Shown: in pieces, positions 19,314 through 30,461 of the stretch
How the letters are laid out: each line of letters opens with the position of its first letter
How positions within the stretch are numbered: position 1 is the first letter of the stretch
Assembly (NCBI GenBank): GCA_965204755.1
Contig: OZ242011.1
Location: 288,001-352,000 of the forward strand
DNA: 64,000 nt
Source of the DNA: Candidatus Marinacidobacterium sp.
Lineage (GTDB): Bacteria; Acidobacteriota; Vicinamibacteria; Marinacidobacterales; Marinacidobacteraceae
Direction of reading: 5' to 3'
Position numbers and translations under genes: made by a program
The notes under the pieces: model-generated
Seen by the model: the letters and a program-made list of their open reading frames with translations, nothing else
What the model was told of the DNA's origin: nothing
Database searches by the model: none

Positions 19314-22300
19314 TTGCCCCCGACCGCCGCCGCCGGAACCCCTTCCCCGCTCGCCGGGTTCCACCCGGTCGTCCGGGACTGGTTCCTCGACCGGTTCGAC
19401 TCCCCCACCGAGCCCCAGCGCGAGGGCTGGCCGCCCATCGCCGCCGGGCGCGATGTCCTCATCACCGCGCCCACCGGCTCCGGCAAGACCCTCGCGGCCT
19501 TCCTCTCCGCGATCGACGCCGCGGCGCGGGACGCCTCGGCCGGCCGGCTCCGGGACGAGACCCGCGTCGTCTATGTCTCGCCGCTGCGGGCGCTCAGCGC
19601 GGACATCCGCGCCAACCTGGAAACGCCGCTCGCCGAGATCCGGGAACGAGCGGCCCGGCCCGGCGCGCCGCCCCTTCCCGAAATCCGCGCCGCGCTCCGC
19701 ACCGGCGACACCCCGGCGGCGGAACGCGCCCGGATGACCCGCCGGCCGCCGCATCTCCTCATCACCACCCCCGAATCGCTCTACCTGCTGCTGACCTCCC
19801 GGCGCGGACGCGAACTGCTCGCCCCGGCGCGGACGGTGATCGTGGACGAAATCCACTCCCTCGCCCGGGACAAGCGGGGCAGCCACCTGGCGCTGACCCT
19901 GGAGCGCCTCGACCGCGCCGCCGGACGAAGGCTGCAGCGCATCGGGCTCTCGGCGACGGTGAAACCCGTCGCGGAGATCGCGGCCTTCCTCAGCCCGCGC
20001 GCCCCCGGCCCGGAAGTGGTCGCGGTCGGCGGGCGGCGGCGGTTCGACCTCGGCGTCGAGGTCCCCGGAACCGAGTTGGGCGCGGTCGCCTCCCACGAAG
20101 TCATGGAGGACATCCGCAACCGGATCGCCGACCTGATCGGGGAGCACCGGACCACCCTGGTCTTCGTGAACACCCGCCGCATGGCGGAGCGGCTGACCCA
20201 CGAACTGCGCGAGCGGCTCGGCGCCGACGCCGCGCTCGCCCACCACGGCAGCCTCGCCCGGGACGCGCGCCTCGAAGCCGAGCGGCGCCTGAGGGCCGGC
20301 GAAGTCCGGGCGATGGTGGCCACGGCCTCGCTGGAGTTGGGGATCGACATCGGGACGATCGAACTCGTCTGCCAACTGGGTTCGCCCCGGTCGCTCTCCG
20401 CCGCCGTCCAGCGGATCGGCCGGTCCGGCCACTGGCGCGGCGCCACCCCGAAGGGCCGGCTCTTCCCGACCACCCGCGACGAACTCGTCGAGTGCGGCGC
20501 CCTCGCCGAAGGCCTCCTCGAAGGGGAACTCGACGCCTTGCGCCTGCCGAAGGCCCCGCTCGACATCCTGGCGCAGCAGGTCGTCGCCGAAGCCGGCGCG
20601 ACCGCCGACGAACCTTGGCCGCTCGACGACCTGTTCGCCTTCGTCCGGCGCGCCCACCCCTACCGCGGCCTCGACCGCGCCGCCTTCGACGAAGTCATCG
20701 CCATGCTCGCGGAAGGGGTGGCCACGACCCGGGGCCGGCGAACCGCCTTCCTCCACCGGGACGGCGTGAACGGGACGGTGCGCGGCCGGCGCGGCGCCCG
20801 GCTCGCCGCCACGCTGAACGGCGGCGCGATCCCCGAAACCGCCCAGTACCAGGTGGTCGCCGAACCGGAGGACCGGGTCGTCGGGCAGGTGGACGAGGAC
20901 TTCGCGGTGGAGAGTTACCGGGGCGATGTGTTCCTGCTCGGCACGACCGCCTGGCGGATCCGCCGCATCGCCCAAGGGCAGGTGCGGGTGGAGGACGCCC
21001 GCGGCGCCGCGCCCACCATCCCCTTCTGGCGGGGCGAAGCGCCGGGCCGGACCGCCGAACTGAGCGAGCGGGTCGGCCGGCTCCGGGAAGAGGTCGCGGA
21101 GGCCGACGAAGCGGCCGCCCGCCGCCGGCTCGTTGACGAATGCCGCCTGTCGGAATCGGGCGCCGACCAGGTGGTCCGCTACCTCGCCGCCGGGCGGGCG
21201 GTCCTCGGCGCCGTCCCCGGCCGGAGCACGGTGGTCGCCGAGCGATTCTTCGACGAGTCGGGCGGGATGCAACTCGTCATCCACGCGCCGTTCGGAAGCC
21301 GGGTGAACCGCGCCTGGGGCCTCGCCCTCCGGAAGCGGTTCTGCCGCTCCTTCGACCTGGAACTCCAGGCCGCCGCCACCGACGACGGCGTGAACCTGTC
21401 GCTCACCGACCTCCACTCCTTCGAACTCGCCTCGGTCTTCCGCTTCCTGAACCCCGACACGCTGACGCACACCCTCACCCAGGCGGTGCTGGGCGCGCCG
21501 CTCTTCGAGATCCGCTGGCGCCATGCGGTGTCCCGCGCGCTCGCCGTCCCCCGGCGGCGCGGCGGCGGGAAAGTGCCGCCGCCGATCCAGCGGATGCTCG
21601 CGGACGACCTGCTCGCGGCGGTCTTTCCCGACCAGGCCGCCTGCGCGGAGAACCTCTCCGGCGAAGTGCGCGTCCCGAAGCACCCGCTGGTGGACGAGGC
21701 CCTCGCCGAAGCGCTCGAAGCGACCCTCGACCGGGACGGGCTCGCCGAGGTCCTCCGCGCCATCGCCGCCGGGGAGATCCGGACGCTGGCGGTGGACTCG
21801 GCGGAAGCCTCCCCGTTCGCCGCCGAGATCCTGAACGCCAACCCCTTCGCCTTCCTCGACCCGGCGCCGCTGGAAGAGCGCCGCGCGCGGGCGGTGCGGA
21901 TGCGGCGCGCGCTGCCGCCGGAACTCGACGCCGAGGCGGTGCTCGACCCGGAGGCCGTCGCGCGGGCCGAGGCGGAGGCCCGCCTGCCGATGCGCGACCC
22001 GGACGAGGCGCACGACGCGCTGCTCACGCTCGGCGCCCTCCGCGAAGACGCCGGGGAACCGGGGTGGCCGGAGCGGGAGGCGCTGCTCCGGCAACTCGAA
22101 GGGGACAGCCGGGCCTTCCGTTTCTCCGTCGCCGGCGCCGCTTTCTGGACGGCCGCGGAACGGGCGCCGCTGGTCGCGAGGGTCTGGCCGGACGCCGACC
22201 TGCCGGAGGAGCGCGGGTCGGACCCGTTCCCGCCGGCGAAGGGGATCCCGGACTCGCGCGCCGGCGCGGCGGCGGAGGCGCTGCGCGGCTCACTGGACTG

Positions 22301-23738
22301 CTGCGGCCCCCGGACGGCCTCCGAACTGGCGGCGGGGCTGGCGATACCGGAGAGGACGGTCGCCGACGCGCTGGCGCTGCTCGAAGCCGAGGGAACGGTG
22401 CTGCGCGGCTCGTTCCGCCCGACCGACCACGGCGCTACCGGCCCCGGCGCGACCGGCGCGACCGACCACGGCGCGACCGACCATGGCGCGATCGGGGCGG
22501 CGCCGCCGACCGAGGAGTGGTGCCACCGCCGGGTGCTCGCCCGCATCCACCGCCTGACCCTGGCCGGCCTGCGGCGCGAGTCGGCGCCGGTGAGCGCCGC
22601 CCGGTTCCTCGACTTCCTCGTCTCCTGGCAGCGCGCCGCGCCCGCGACCCGGCGCCGCGGCCCGGCCGGGGTCTCCGAGGCGCTCACCCAACTCCAGGGC
22701 CTCGAAGCGCCGGCGGCCGCCTGGGAGTCGCAGTTGCTGCCCCTCCGCGTGGCCGGGTACCGGCGCGACTGGCTGGATTACCACTGCCTCTCCGGCGAGA
22801 TGGTCTGGGGCCGGGTCTCCCCGCCGGCCGCCGCGCCCGCCCCGGAGGACGCGCCCCGCGCCGCCCGGCCCACGCGCTCCGCGCCGATCGCGCTCCTGCC
22901 ACGGAGCGCCCTGGCCCTGTGGCTCCGGCTCGGCCGCGCCTCCGGGGCGGCGGTTCCGCCGAGCGCCGCCGCTCGGACGGTGCTCTCCCTGCTCGAACGG
23001 CGGGGCGCCTCCTTCTTCGCCGACCTGGAGAGCGCTTCGGGCCTGGTTCCGGCCGAGGTCGAGGACGCGCTCTGGGAACTCGCCGCCTCCGGGCGGGTCA
23101 CCGCCGACGGCTTCGACAACCTGCGCGCCCTCATGGACCCCCGGCGGCGGAGCGCGTTCGGCCGGTACCGGCGGCGGAAGGCGCGCTACTCGCCGGGCCG
23201 CTGGGCGCTCCTCGGCCCGGCGGGGCCGCCGCCGGAAGGGAACGGCGCAGCGCCCTCGGACGCGGACCTCGACGAGGAAGCCGCGCGGCGGCTGCTCGAC
23301 CGCTGGGGCGTCCTGTTCCGGGAGTTGCTGAAACGGGAGCGGCTCGAAGGCCGGTGGCGCCCGCTGCAACTGGCGCTCCGGCGGCTGGAGATGCGCGGCG
23401 AAGCGGTGGGCGGGCAGTTCGTCTCCACCTTCCCCGGCGAGCAGTTCGCGCTGCCGGCGGCGGTGGAGGCTCTCCGCCGCCTCCGGCGCGACGGGGAGGG
23501 CGCCGCCGCCGGGGAACCGCTCACGATCGGCCCCGCCGACCCGCTCAACCTCTCCGGGATCCTGCTCCCGGGCCCGCGGATCCCGGCTTCCTCGCGGGGA
23601 CTCCTCCGGCTCTTCCGGGGGGCCGTCACCCCGGCGCCCCCCGGCGCTTCGCTCTCCGGTCTCCCGGCCCGGCCGCCGGCCGCCCTCGCCGGCGGACGGC
23701 CCGGCGCCGCCGCCGCCGCGGTCGGCCCACCCGCCTGA
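19314..23738 (+). CDS. lhr: Lhr-family DEAD/DEAH helicase with C-terminal domain
   Basis: APTGSGKT, ITTPESLY, DEIH, GLSAT, HHGSL, SLELGIDIG, QRIGRSGH and ERFFDESGG motifs. Confidence 0.92.
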   Translation: MPPTAAAGTPSPLAGFHPVVRDWFLDRFDSPTEPQREGWPPIAAGRDVLITAPTGSGKTLAAFLSAIDAAARDASAGRLRDETRVVYVSPLRALSADIRANLETPLAEIRERAARPGAPPLPEIRAALRTGDTPAAERARMTRRPPHLLITTPESLYLLLTSRRGRELLAPARTVIVDEIHSLARDKRGSHLALTLERLDRAAGRRLQRIGLSATVKPVAEIAAFLSPRAPGPEVVAVGGRRRFDLGVEVPGTELGAVASHEVMEDIRNRIADLIGEHRTTLVFVNTRRMAERLTHELRERLGADAALAHHGSLARDARLEAERRLRAGEVRAMVATASLELGIDIGTIELVCQLGSPRSLSAAVQRIGRSGHWRGATPKGRLFPTTRDELVECGALAEGLLEGELDALRLPKAPLDILAQQVVAEAGATADEPWPLDDLFAFVRRAHPYRGLDRAAFDEVIAMLAEGVATTRGRRTAFLHRDGVNGTVRGRRGARLAATLNGGAIPETAQYQVVAEPEDRVVGQVDEDFAVESYRGDVFLLGTTAWRIRRIAQGQVRVEDARGAAPTIPFWRGEAPGRTAELSERVGRLREEVAEADEAAARRRLVDECRLSESGADQVVRYLAAGRAVLGAVPGRSTVVAERFFDESGGMQLVIHAPFGSRVNRAWGLALRKRFCRSFDLELQAAATDDGVNLSLTDLHSFELASVFRFLNPDTLTHTLTQAVLGAPLFEIRWRHAVSRALAVPRRRGGGKVPPPIQRMLADDLLAAVFPDQAACAENLSGEVRVPKHPLVDEALAEALEATLDRDGLAEVLRAIAAGEIRTLAVDSAEASPFAAEILNANPFAFLDPAPLEERRARAVRMRRALPPELDAEAVLDPEAVARAEAEARLPMRDPDEAHDALLTLGALREDAGEPGWPEREALLRQLEGDSRAFRFSVAGAAFWTAAERAPLVARVWPDADLPEERGSDPFPPAKGIPDSRAGAAAEALRGSLDCCGPRTASELAAGLAIPERTVADALALLEAEGTVLRGSFRPTDHGATGPGATGATDHGATDHGAIGAAPPTEEWCHRRVLARIHRLTLAGLRRESAPVSAARFLDFLVSWQRAAPATRRRGPAGVSEALTQLQGLEAPAAAWESQLLPLRVAGYRRDWLDYHCLSGEMVWGRVSPPAAAPAPEDAPRAARPTRSAPIALLPRSALALWLRLGRASGAAVPPSAAARTVLSLLERRGASFFADLESASGLVPAEVEDALWELAASGRVTADGFDNLRALMDPRRRSAFGRYRRRKARYSPGRWALLGPAGPPPEGNGAAPSDADLDEEAARRLLDRWGVLFRELLKRERLEGRWRPLQLALRRLEMRGEAVGGQFVSTFPGEQFALPAAVEALRRLRRDGEGAAAGEPLTIGPADPLNLSGILLPGPRIPASSRGLLRLFRGAVTPAPPGASLSGLPARPPAALAGGRPGAAAAAVGPPA

Positions 23739-23756
23739 GCGGGGCTCGACCAGCGG

Positions 23757-25118
23757 ATGGCGCCGACCGGCGGCGACCCGGTCCGGGAGGCCGTCCGGGA
23801 GGCCGTCCGGGAGGCCGCCGCCGGGTTCGCCCGGCAGTACGGAGCGCCCCCGGAGGCCGTCGTCTTCGCGCCCGGCCGGGTGAACCTGATCGGCGAGCAC
23901 CTCGACTACTGCGGGCTCCCGGTCCTCCCGGCGGCGCTTTCGCGGGGGCTCGCGCTGGCGGTCCGGCGAAGGGACGGCCCCCGGGTCCGCTGCGCGACGA
24001 CCGAGCCGGGCCACGACCCGGTGGACTTCACGCCCGCCCCGCCCGAATCGTCCGCCGGCGGCCCGGGGGAAGCGCGGGCGGGGGCGGGATTCGGGCGATA
24101 CCTGGCCGCTTCCGTCGAGGGACTCCGCCTCGGCGGCCGGCTGCCCGACGGCGGCGCCGCGGGTTTCGACGGCTTCCTGGCGTCCTCCCTGCCGGCCGCC
24201 TCCGGGCTCTCCTCTTCGTCGGCGCTGGTGGTGGCCGGCGCGCTGGCGCTCCTGTTCGCGAACGGCCGCCTCGCCCCCGGGGACGAACTCGACCTGCCGG
24301 AGCGGATGCGCCTCGCCGCCGACCTGGCGGCGGCGGAGCGCGGCGCGGCCATCCGGGGCGGGGCCATGGATCAGTCGGTCTGCCTCGGGGCCGCCGCCGG
24401 CCACGCTCTCCTGATCACCTCCGAACCGGCGCGGTGGACTCCCGTCGCCGTTCCCCCGGCCCGCTTCGCCTTCCTCGCGGCGTTCACCGGGGAGCGCGCC
24501 GAGAAGGGCGGGGCGGCGAAGGAGACCTACAACGCGCGGGTCGTCGAAGCGGCGGCCGCCCTCGCCGAACTGTGGAAACTCCTCGGGGCGCGCGGCAGCC
24601 ACCGGACCCTGATCGATCGATACCCGGAAGCGGTGCTCCTGGAAGCGGTCCGGCGGCTCCCCCCGCCGCTCGACCGGCGGATGCGGCACCTCGTCACCGA
24701 GACGCACCGGGTTGGCCGGGCGGTCCGCTGCCTACGCGAAGGCGCCGCCGAGGAACTCGGCGCGCTGCTCGACGCCTCCCACCGCAGTCTGCGGGAGGAC
24801 TACCGGGTCAGCGCCCCGGCGCTCGACGCCCTGGTGGACGAGGCCCGGGGCGCGGGCGCGCTCGGCGCCCGCCTCACCGGCGCCGGCCTCGGCGGCTCGG
24901 TCGTCGTCCTCACCCGCCCCGAAGACCGCGAAGCCGTCGCCGCGCGCCTCCGCGACCGGTTCTACCTTCCCCGCGGCATCCGGGAACCGTCACGGAAGCA
25001 CCTCCTCGACGGAACCCCCTCCGGCCCCGCCGCGCTGCTCCCCCGCTCGCGGCGCCGAGCGCCGGCCGGCCGGGCCGACGCAGGCCGCCGCGCCCCGCCG
25101 CGCCGGACCGCGCGGTGA
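23757..25118 (+). CDS. galK: Galactokinase-like GHMP kinase
   Basis: APGRVNLIGEHLDY, GLSSSSAL, GAMDQ and GARLTGAGLGG motifs. Confidence 0.85.
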   Translation: MAPTGGDPVREAVREAVREAAAGFARQYGAPPEAVVFAPGRVNLIGEHLDYCGLPVLPAALSRGLALAVRRRDGPRVRCATTEPGHDPVDFTPAPPESSAGGPGEARAGAGFGRYLAASVEGLRLGGRLPDGGAAGFDGFLASSLPAASGLSSSSALVVAGALALLFANGRLAPGDELDLPERMRLAADLAAAERGAAIRGGAMDQSVCLGAAAGHALLITSEPARWTPVAVPPARFAFLAAFTGERAEKGGAAKETYNARVVEAAAALAELWKLLGARGSHRTLIDRYPEAVLLEAVRRLPPPLDRRMRHLVTETHRVGRAVRCLREGAAEELGALLDASHRSLREDYRVSAPALDALVDEARGAGALGARLTGAGLGGSVVVLTRPEDREAVAARLRDRFYLPRGIREPSRKHLLDGTPSGPAALLPRSRRRAPAGRADAGRRAPPRRTAR

Positions 25119-25304
25119 CGGCTGCGCCTCCGGGCAGTCCCGGACCGCCTCGGCCGCCCGCCGATGCCGCCGATGAATTCCTGCCGGGCCGCTACCGGGA
25201 TCCCGCGCCCGCCGGGACTCTCATCGGGGCCTCCCGCGCCGCGCCGAAGTCGTAGTCCGGCAGGAGAACCGGGCGCGATTCGTCTCGAGCCGCGCGCGCG
25301 CCCC

Positions 25305-26608
25305 TCATCGCGCTTCCGCCGACCCGCACGGCGGCGGATGCTCCTCCAGGTATCGCCACAGCGCCTCCGCGGCCAGGCGATGCCCCTTCGGGGTCCAATG
25401 CCGGTCCCGGGAGGAGAACCAGGTGTCGCCGCCCTTCTCCCCGAGCCCGTCGATCCCGTCGCGCGCGCTGACGACCGGAATGCCGAGTCGTTCGGCCAAC
25501 CGCCGCATCGCCACCGATTCGGGGGATTCGTCATAGTCGGCCAACAGCAGGAGCAACTCGAAACCGTCGCGCCGCCCGCGCCTCCGGAACTCGGCGAGGG
25601 CGAAGGAAGTGGAGTCGTACGCCTCCCGGATGACCGGCGCCATCGCGGCTCCGTAGGTTTCGGCGTGGTCTATGGAATACGCGGCGAACGCGCGAACGAT
25701 CGACGCGGGAGGCCGCCACCCGGACAGGACCGGCCAGGCGGAACGGAGCCGCCGCCAACTGTCGCGGCGCGCCGCCTGGATTCGCTCCGGCGCGCCGGCG
25801 ACGACTCTCCGAACCTGCCGGGCCAGGGCGCTCGAAAGCGCCGCGCGCCCGGCCCCGGTCCCGACTCCGGCGCGACTCGGCCGATCGACGCGGCCGGACG
25901 ACTGGCCGGACGATTGGGAGGACGACCGGCATGACGACCGGTATGACGACCGGGGCAGTCGCAACCGGTAACTTCCGTCCTCGCCCCGAACCGCGGAGGC
26001 CCAGGAGGTGCACCCCGGCGCCCGCCGGTGGAGCACGGCGCGAAGAAGCCGGGAGTTTTCCGCGAAGTCGTTTCGGCGGGTGACGAGGACGACGACCGCC
26101 GGGCTCATCCTCCGGATGTAGGCGTCATGGAACGGGACCTGTTGGACCTGACCGGTTCCCCCTCGTCCGAACGCCGAAGTCGTGAGGTTCCAGTCCGGCC
26201 GGTCGCGCGCCGCCAGCGCCTCCAGTCGGACCTGCAACTTGTCGGCCACCTCGACCTCCCGCGCCTCGACGAAGGAATCCCCGACCAGAGCGACATGGCA
26301 ACCCGATGCCGCCCGCCGCGGCGAGATCGGTTCCCGGTCGAGGAAGCCGAGCCGGTTCGCCCTCGAGATCGTCCAGAAATCGCGGAGGTTCGTATGCCGC
26401 ACTTCCTCGTGCGGTTGCCACAGGACGCCCACTTCCGGAACGAAGCGACCCGGAATCGAACTGTCGACGAACGGAAACGACCGGTCCGGCGACACCGCGG
26501 CGGCGAGCGCGAGAGCCCCCACGCCGAGGAGCGGGAGGAAGAACGGAACCCGCCCGAATCGCCCGGTTCGAGTTGCCCCCCCCCCCCCCCCCCCCCCCTA
26601 TCGGTCAT
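25305..26608 (-). pseudogene. SGNH/GDSL hydrolase-like protein paralog 1, out of frame at a G23 tract (phase-OFF or sequencing slip)
   Basis: ATG at 26608 (MTDR) then G23 (26576-26598); the SGNH frame (GDSFVEA, GRGGTG, NDFAEN, DRHW) is offset by 1 nt. An alternative GTG at 26522 falls inside the TM helix. Confidence 0.7.
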
Positions 26609-26796
26609 CGCCGGGCCGGAGCCGACGGCGCCGGCAGCGCCGGCGGCGCCGGAAGCCGAGCCGCGCGGGACTCCGCGAGTCCTCGCCGCCGCCGAAGCGC
26701 CCGCTGCCTTCGCCTCGGTCCCGCCGGCTCGCGCGGCGGCGGGCGCTTCTTCCATCGCCACGGTCACGCCGAGTCGCGCGGCGGTACGGGGTTTCG

Positions 26797-28620
26797 TCAA
26801 ACCACGCGCTGACGGATGAGGGCGACGCACTCCTCCGGGGACCGCGCCGCCGTGTCCAGGCGGATGTCGGGACTCTCCGGCGGTTCGTAGGCGCTCCCGA
26901 CGCCGGTGAAGTTCTTCAACTCGCCGCTCCGGGCCCGCGCGTAGAGCCCCTTCGGGTCGCGCTCCTCGCAGGTTTCGAGCGGCGCGTCCACGAAGATCTC
27001 GAGGAAACTCCCCGGGGCGAACAACTCCCGGGCCAGGGCCCGCTCCGCGCGGTAGGGACTGATGAAGGAGACGATGACGATCAGGCCGGCGTCCACCATC
27101 AGGCGCGCCACTTCGGCGACCCGGCGGATGTTCTCCACGCGGTCCGCCTCGGTGAAACCCAGGTCGCGGTTCAGCCCCAGCCGCACATTGTCCCCGTCCA
27201 GCACATAGGTATGGCGGCCCTCCGCGGCGAGCCGCTTCTCCAGCAGGTTGGCGATCGTGGACTTCCCCGCGCCGGAGAGCCCGGTGAGCCAGAGACACCG
27301 CGGCTGCTGCGACAGCGCGGCGGCCCGCGTCTCCCGGGTGACTTCGAAGTCCTGCCGACGGACGCTGGCCGACCGCATCAGCGGGAAGCGGATCATGCCG
27401 GCGCCCAGCGTCGCGCGGGTAACCCGGTCCGTCAGGATGAAACCGCCGAGGGTCCGGCTCTGTTCGTACCGGGCGTAGGGAAGCGGCCGGTCGGTGACCA
27501 GGTTCACGGCGCCGATGTCGTTGAGCGCGAGCGTCGGCGCCGGGCGGGTTCGACCGTCGGTCACATCCAGCCGGTGCCGGATCCGCGTCACCGCGGCCCC
27601 GGTTTCCATCGTATGGATCTTCAACCGGTACGGGCGACCGACGACCAGCGGCTCGTCCCCCATCCAGAGCAACTCCGCCCGGAACTGCTCCGCGGTGTCC
27701 ACCGGGCGGTCCGCGGCCGCGATCACATCGCCGCGGCCCGCATCCACCTCGTCCTTGAGCGTGAGCGTGACGGACTCCCCTTCCCCGGCGCGCGGCAGGG
27801 CGCCCCGGAAGACGACCACTTCGTCCACTTCGGTTTCGATACCAGAAGGCGCGACCGCGACCCGGTCGCCGGGCGCGACCGAACCGGAGGCGACGCGCCC
27901 CTGGTACCCGCGAAACCCCTCGCTCGGACGGTTCACATACTGGACCGGCATCCGGAACGGCGCTTCGCCGGAGGAGGACTCGACCTCCACCGTCTCGAGG
28001 TGGTCGAGCAGGGTCGGGCCCGAGTACCAGTTCCCCGACTCGCCGCGAACGGTCAGGTTCTCGCCGCTGACCGCCGAGACCGGAATCAACGCCGGCTCGG
28101 CCACGCCGATCCCTTCGGCGAGGGCCCGGTAGTCCCGGCCGATCTCCTCGAACCGGGTCCGGCTCCAGTCCACCAGGTCCATCTTGTTCACCGCGGCCAC
28201 CAGGAAGCGGACGCCGAACATGGCCGCGATCCGGGTATGCCGGGCGGTTTGGGGAAGGACTCCCTTCCGCGCGTCGAGGAGCACGACCGCCAGGTCGGAG
28301 ACCGAGGCCCCGGTCGCCATGTTCCGGGTGTACTGCTCGTGGCCGGGGGCGTCGGCGACGAAGAACTGCCGGCGCGGGGTCTCGAACCGGCGGTAGGCCA
28401 CATCGATGGTGATCCCCTGTTCCCGCTCGGCGGCGAGGCCGTCCATGAGCAGCGCCAGGTCGGCTTCGGCGCCGCGCGTGCCGAAACGTTTCGAGGCGCG
28501 CTCCACCGCGCCGAACTCGTCCTCGAAGACCGCGCGGCAGTCGTGGAGCAGCCGGCCGATGAGGCTGCTCTTGCCGTCGTCCACGCTGCCGCAGAGGACC
28601 AGGCGGAGCGGGGGGAGCAC
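26797..28620 (-). CDS. cysNC: Bifunctional sulfate adenylyltransferase subunit 1 / APS kinase (CysNC)
   Basis: [33 protein letters not shown]; C-terminal [16 protein letters not shown] and DPKGLY. GTG start at 28620 inferred. Confidence 0.93.
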   Translation of the reverse strand: MLPPLRLVLCGSVDDGKSSLIGRLLHDCRAVFEDEFGAVERASKRFGTRGAEADLALLMDGLAAEREQGITIDVAYRRFETPRRQFFVADAPGHEQYTRNMATGASVSDLAVVLLDARKGVLPQTARHTRIAAMFGVRFLVAAVNKMDLVDWSRTRFEEIGRDYRALAEGIGVAEPALIPVSAVSGENLTVRGESGNWYSGPTLLDHLETVEVESSSGEAPFRMPVQYVNRPSEGFRGYQGRVASGSVAPGDRVAVAPSGIETEVDEVVVFRGALPRAGEGESVTLTLKDEVDAGRGDVIAAADRPVDTAEQFRAELLWMGDEPLVVGRPYRLKIHTMETGAAVTRIRHRLDVTDGRTRPAPTLALNDIGAVNLVTDRPLPYARYEQSRTLGGFILTDRVTRATLGAGMIRFPLMRSASVRRQDFEVTRETRAAALSQQPRCLWLTGLSGAGKSTIANLLEKRLAAEGRHTYVLDGDNVRLGLNRDLGFTEADRVENIRRVAEVARLMVDAGLIVIVSFISPYRAERALARELFAPGSFLEIFVDAPLETCEERDPKGLYARARSGELKNFTGVGSAYEPPESPDIRLDTAARSPEECVALIRQRVV

Positions 28621-28622
28621 TA

Positions 28623-29511
28623 GCAACCGGTGGACAAAGTCCGGGGAGGGCCCGTCGGCGCGAAGCGACGACCGGGGAGGGGTGCGGGGAGGGGGTGTCC
28701 CCCTCCCTGCGATAGACGGCGGAGGGAATCGCGCAGCGATTCGCGCCGCCTGCCCGTGGAGAGAGCGCCCCGCCGGGAAACGCGGCGGGGAATTCGCATC
28801 CTCCGGTCGAAGGGCGGAGGGCGGGGCGCTTTCTCCACGGGATGTCAGCCGGTGGACAAAGTCCGGGGACGGCCCGTCGGCGCGAAGCGACGACCGGGGA
28901 GGGGTGCGGGGAGGGGGTGTCCCCCTCCCCGCGATAGACGGCGGAGGGAATCGCGCAGCGATTCGCGCCGCCTGCCCGTGGAGAGAGCGCCCCGCCGGGA
29001 AACGCGGCGGGGACTTCGCATCCTCCGGTCGAAGGGCGGAGGGCGGGGCGCTTTCTCCACGGGATGTCAGCCGGTGGACAAAGTCCGGGGAGGGCCCGTC
29101 GGCGCGAAGCGACGACCGGGGAGGGGTGCGGGGAGGGGGTGTCCCCCTCCCCGCGATAGACGGCGGAGGGAATCGCGCAGCGATTCGCGCCGCCTGCCCG
29201 TGGAGAGAGCGCCCCGCCGGGAAACGCGGCGGGGACTTCGCATCCTCCGGTCGAAGGGCGGAGGGCGGGGCGCTTTCTCCACGGGATGTCAGCCGGTGGA
29301 CAAAGTCCGGGGACGGCCCGTCGGCGCGAAGCGACGACCGGGGAGGGGTGCGGGGAGGGGGTGTCCCCCTCCCCGCGATAGACGGCGGAGGGAATCGCGC
29401 AGCGATTCGCGCCGCCTGCCCGTGGAGAGAGCGCCCCGCCGGGAAACGCGGCGGGGACTTCGCATCCTCCGGTCGAAGGGCGGAGGGCGGGGCGCTTTCT
29501 CCACGGGCAGT
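28623..29511. mobile_element. Four tandem 222-bp MITE/REP-like units flanked by TA
   Basis: Units start at 28627, 28849, 29071 and 29293 and are nearly identical; imperfect terminal IRs (gcaaccggtggacaaag / ctttctccacgggcagt); TA on both sides; internal hairpins; no transposase. Confidence 0.85.
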
Positions 29512-30461
29512 TAAAAATACCCCTCGCGTTTCTTGCGCTCCATCGAGCCGTCGCCGTCGTGGTCGATCAGGCGGCCCTCCCGTTCCGACCGGTTCGCCCG
29601 CAGCGTCTCTTCGAGGATGGCCGGGATCGTGGCCGCGCCGCTCTCCGTCGCCGCGGTGAGCGGCCAGCATCCCAGCGTCCGGAAGCGCACGCGGCGGGGT
29701 TTCGTTTCCTCTCCCGGAAGGAACCGCATCCGCTCGCGGTCGTCCACCACGAGCAGCCGGCCGTCGCGCTCCACCACCGGACGCTCCTTCGCGAAGTAGA
29801 GCGGAACCACGGGTATGTCCTCTTCGGCGAGGTAACGCCAGACATCGCCCTCGGTCCAGTTGGACAGCGGCGAGACGCGCAGCGATTCCCCGGGCTGGAA
29901 CCGGGTGTTGTAGAGGTTCCACAACTCCGGGCGCTGTTTCCGGGGCTCCCACCGGTGGGCGGCGTTCCGCAGGGAGAAGACGCGCTCCTTGGCGCGCGAC
30001 CGCTCCTCGTCCCGCCGGGCGCCGCCGAAGATGATGTCGTACCGGCCGGCGTCGAGCGCCTGGCGGAGGGCCTGCGTCTTCATGACATCCGTGTAGTGCT
30101 CCGAACCGTCGTCGAAGGGGTTCACGCCGGCCGCGCGTCCTTCCTCGTTGGTGTGGACCCGGAGTTCCACTTCGACTTCCGCCGCGATCCGGTCGCGGAA
30201 CGCGATCATCTCCCGGAACTTCCACCCGGTATCGATGTGGAGCAGCGGGAACGGCGGCGGCGCCGGCCAGAAGGCCTTCCGCGCCAGGTGCAGCATCACC
30301 GCGGAGTCCTTGCCGATGGAGTAGAGCATCACCGGCCGCTCCGCCGTCGCGGCGCCCTCGCGCAGGATCTCGATCGCCTCCGACTCGAGGCCCGCCAGCG
30401 ACGGCGCCGGGTTCCGGCCCTCCGGCCCCGGGCGCGACTCGCCGCCCGACCCGGCCGTCAC
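29511..30461 (-). CDS. cysD: Sulfate adenylyltransferase subunit 2
   Basis: [47 protein letters not shown] and KKREGYF; GTGA overlap with the sulfotransferase. Confidence 0.95.
   Translation of the reverse strand: MTAGSGGESRPGPEGRNPAPSLAGLESEAIEILREGAATAERPVMLYSIGKDSAVMLHLARKAFWPAPPPFPLLHIDTGWKFREMIAFRDRIAAEVEVELRVHTNEEGRAAGVNPFDDGSEHYTDVMKTQALRQALDAGRYDIIFGGARRDEERSRAKERVFSLRNAAHRWEPRKQRPELWNLYNTRFQPGESLRVSPLSNWTEGDVWRYLAEEDIPVVPLYFAKERPVVERDGRLLVVDDRERMRFLPGEETKPRRVRFRTLGCWPLTAATESGAATIPAILEETLRANRSEREGRLIDHDGDGSMERKKREGYF

Noticed and set aside
25120-25256. Possible decayed duplicate of the galK 3' end beside SGNH paralog 1
   Set aside because: The similarity is too weak to distinguish from GC-rich background by eye.
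28620-29504. Four 71-72-aa ORFs as real tandem genes
   Set aside because: They are Arg/Pro-rich translations of a palindromic repeat with no protein-like features.
26797-30225. 1142-aa CysNC with an N-terminal repeat domain or intein
   Set aside because: The upstream part is the cysD shadow frame plus a DNA-level repeat; there are no intein motifs, and the empty-site reconstruction supports GTG 28620.
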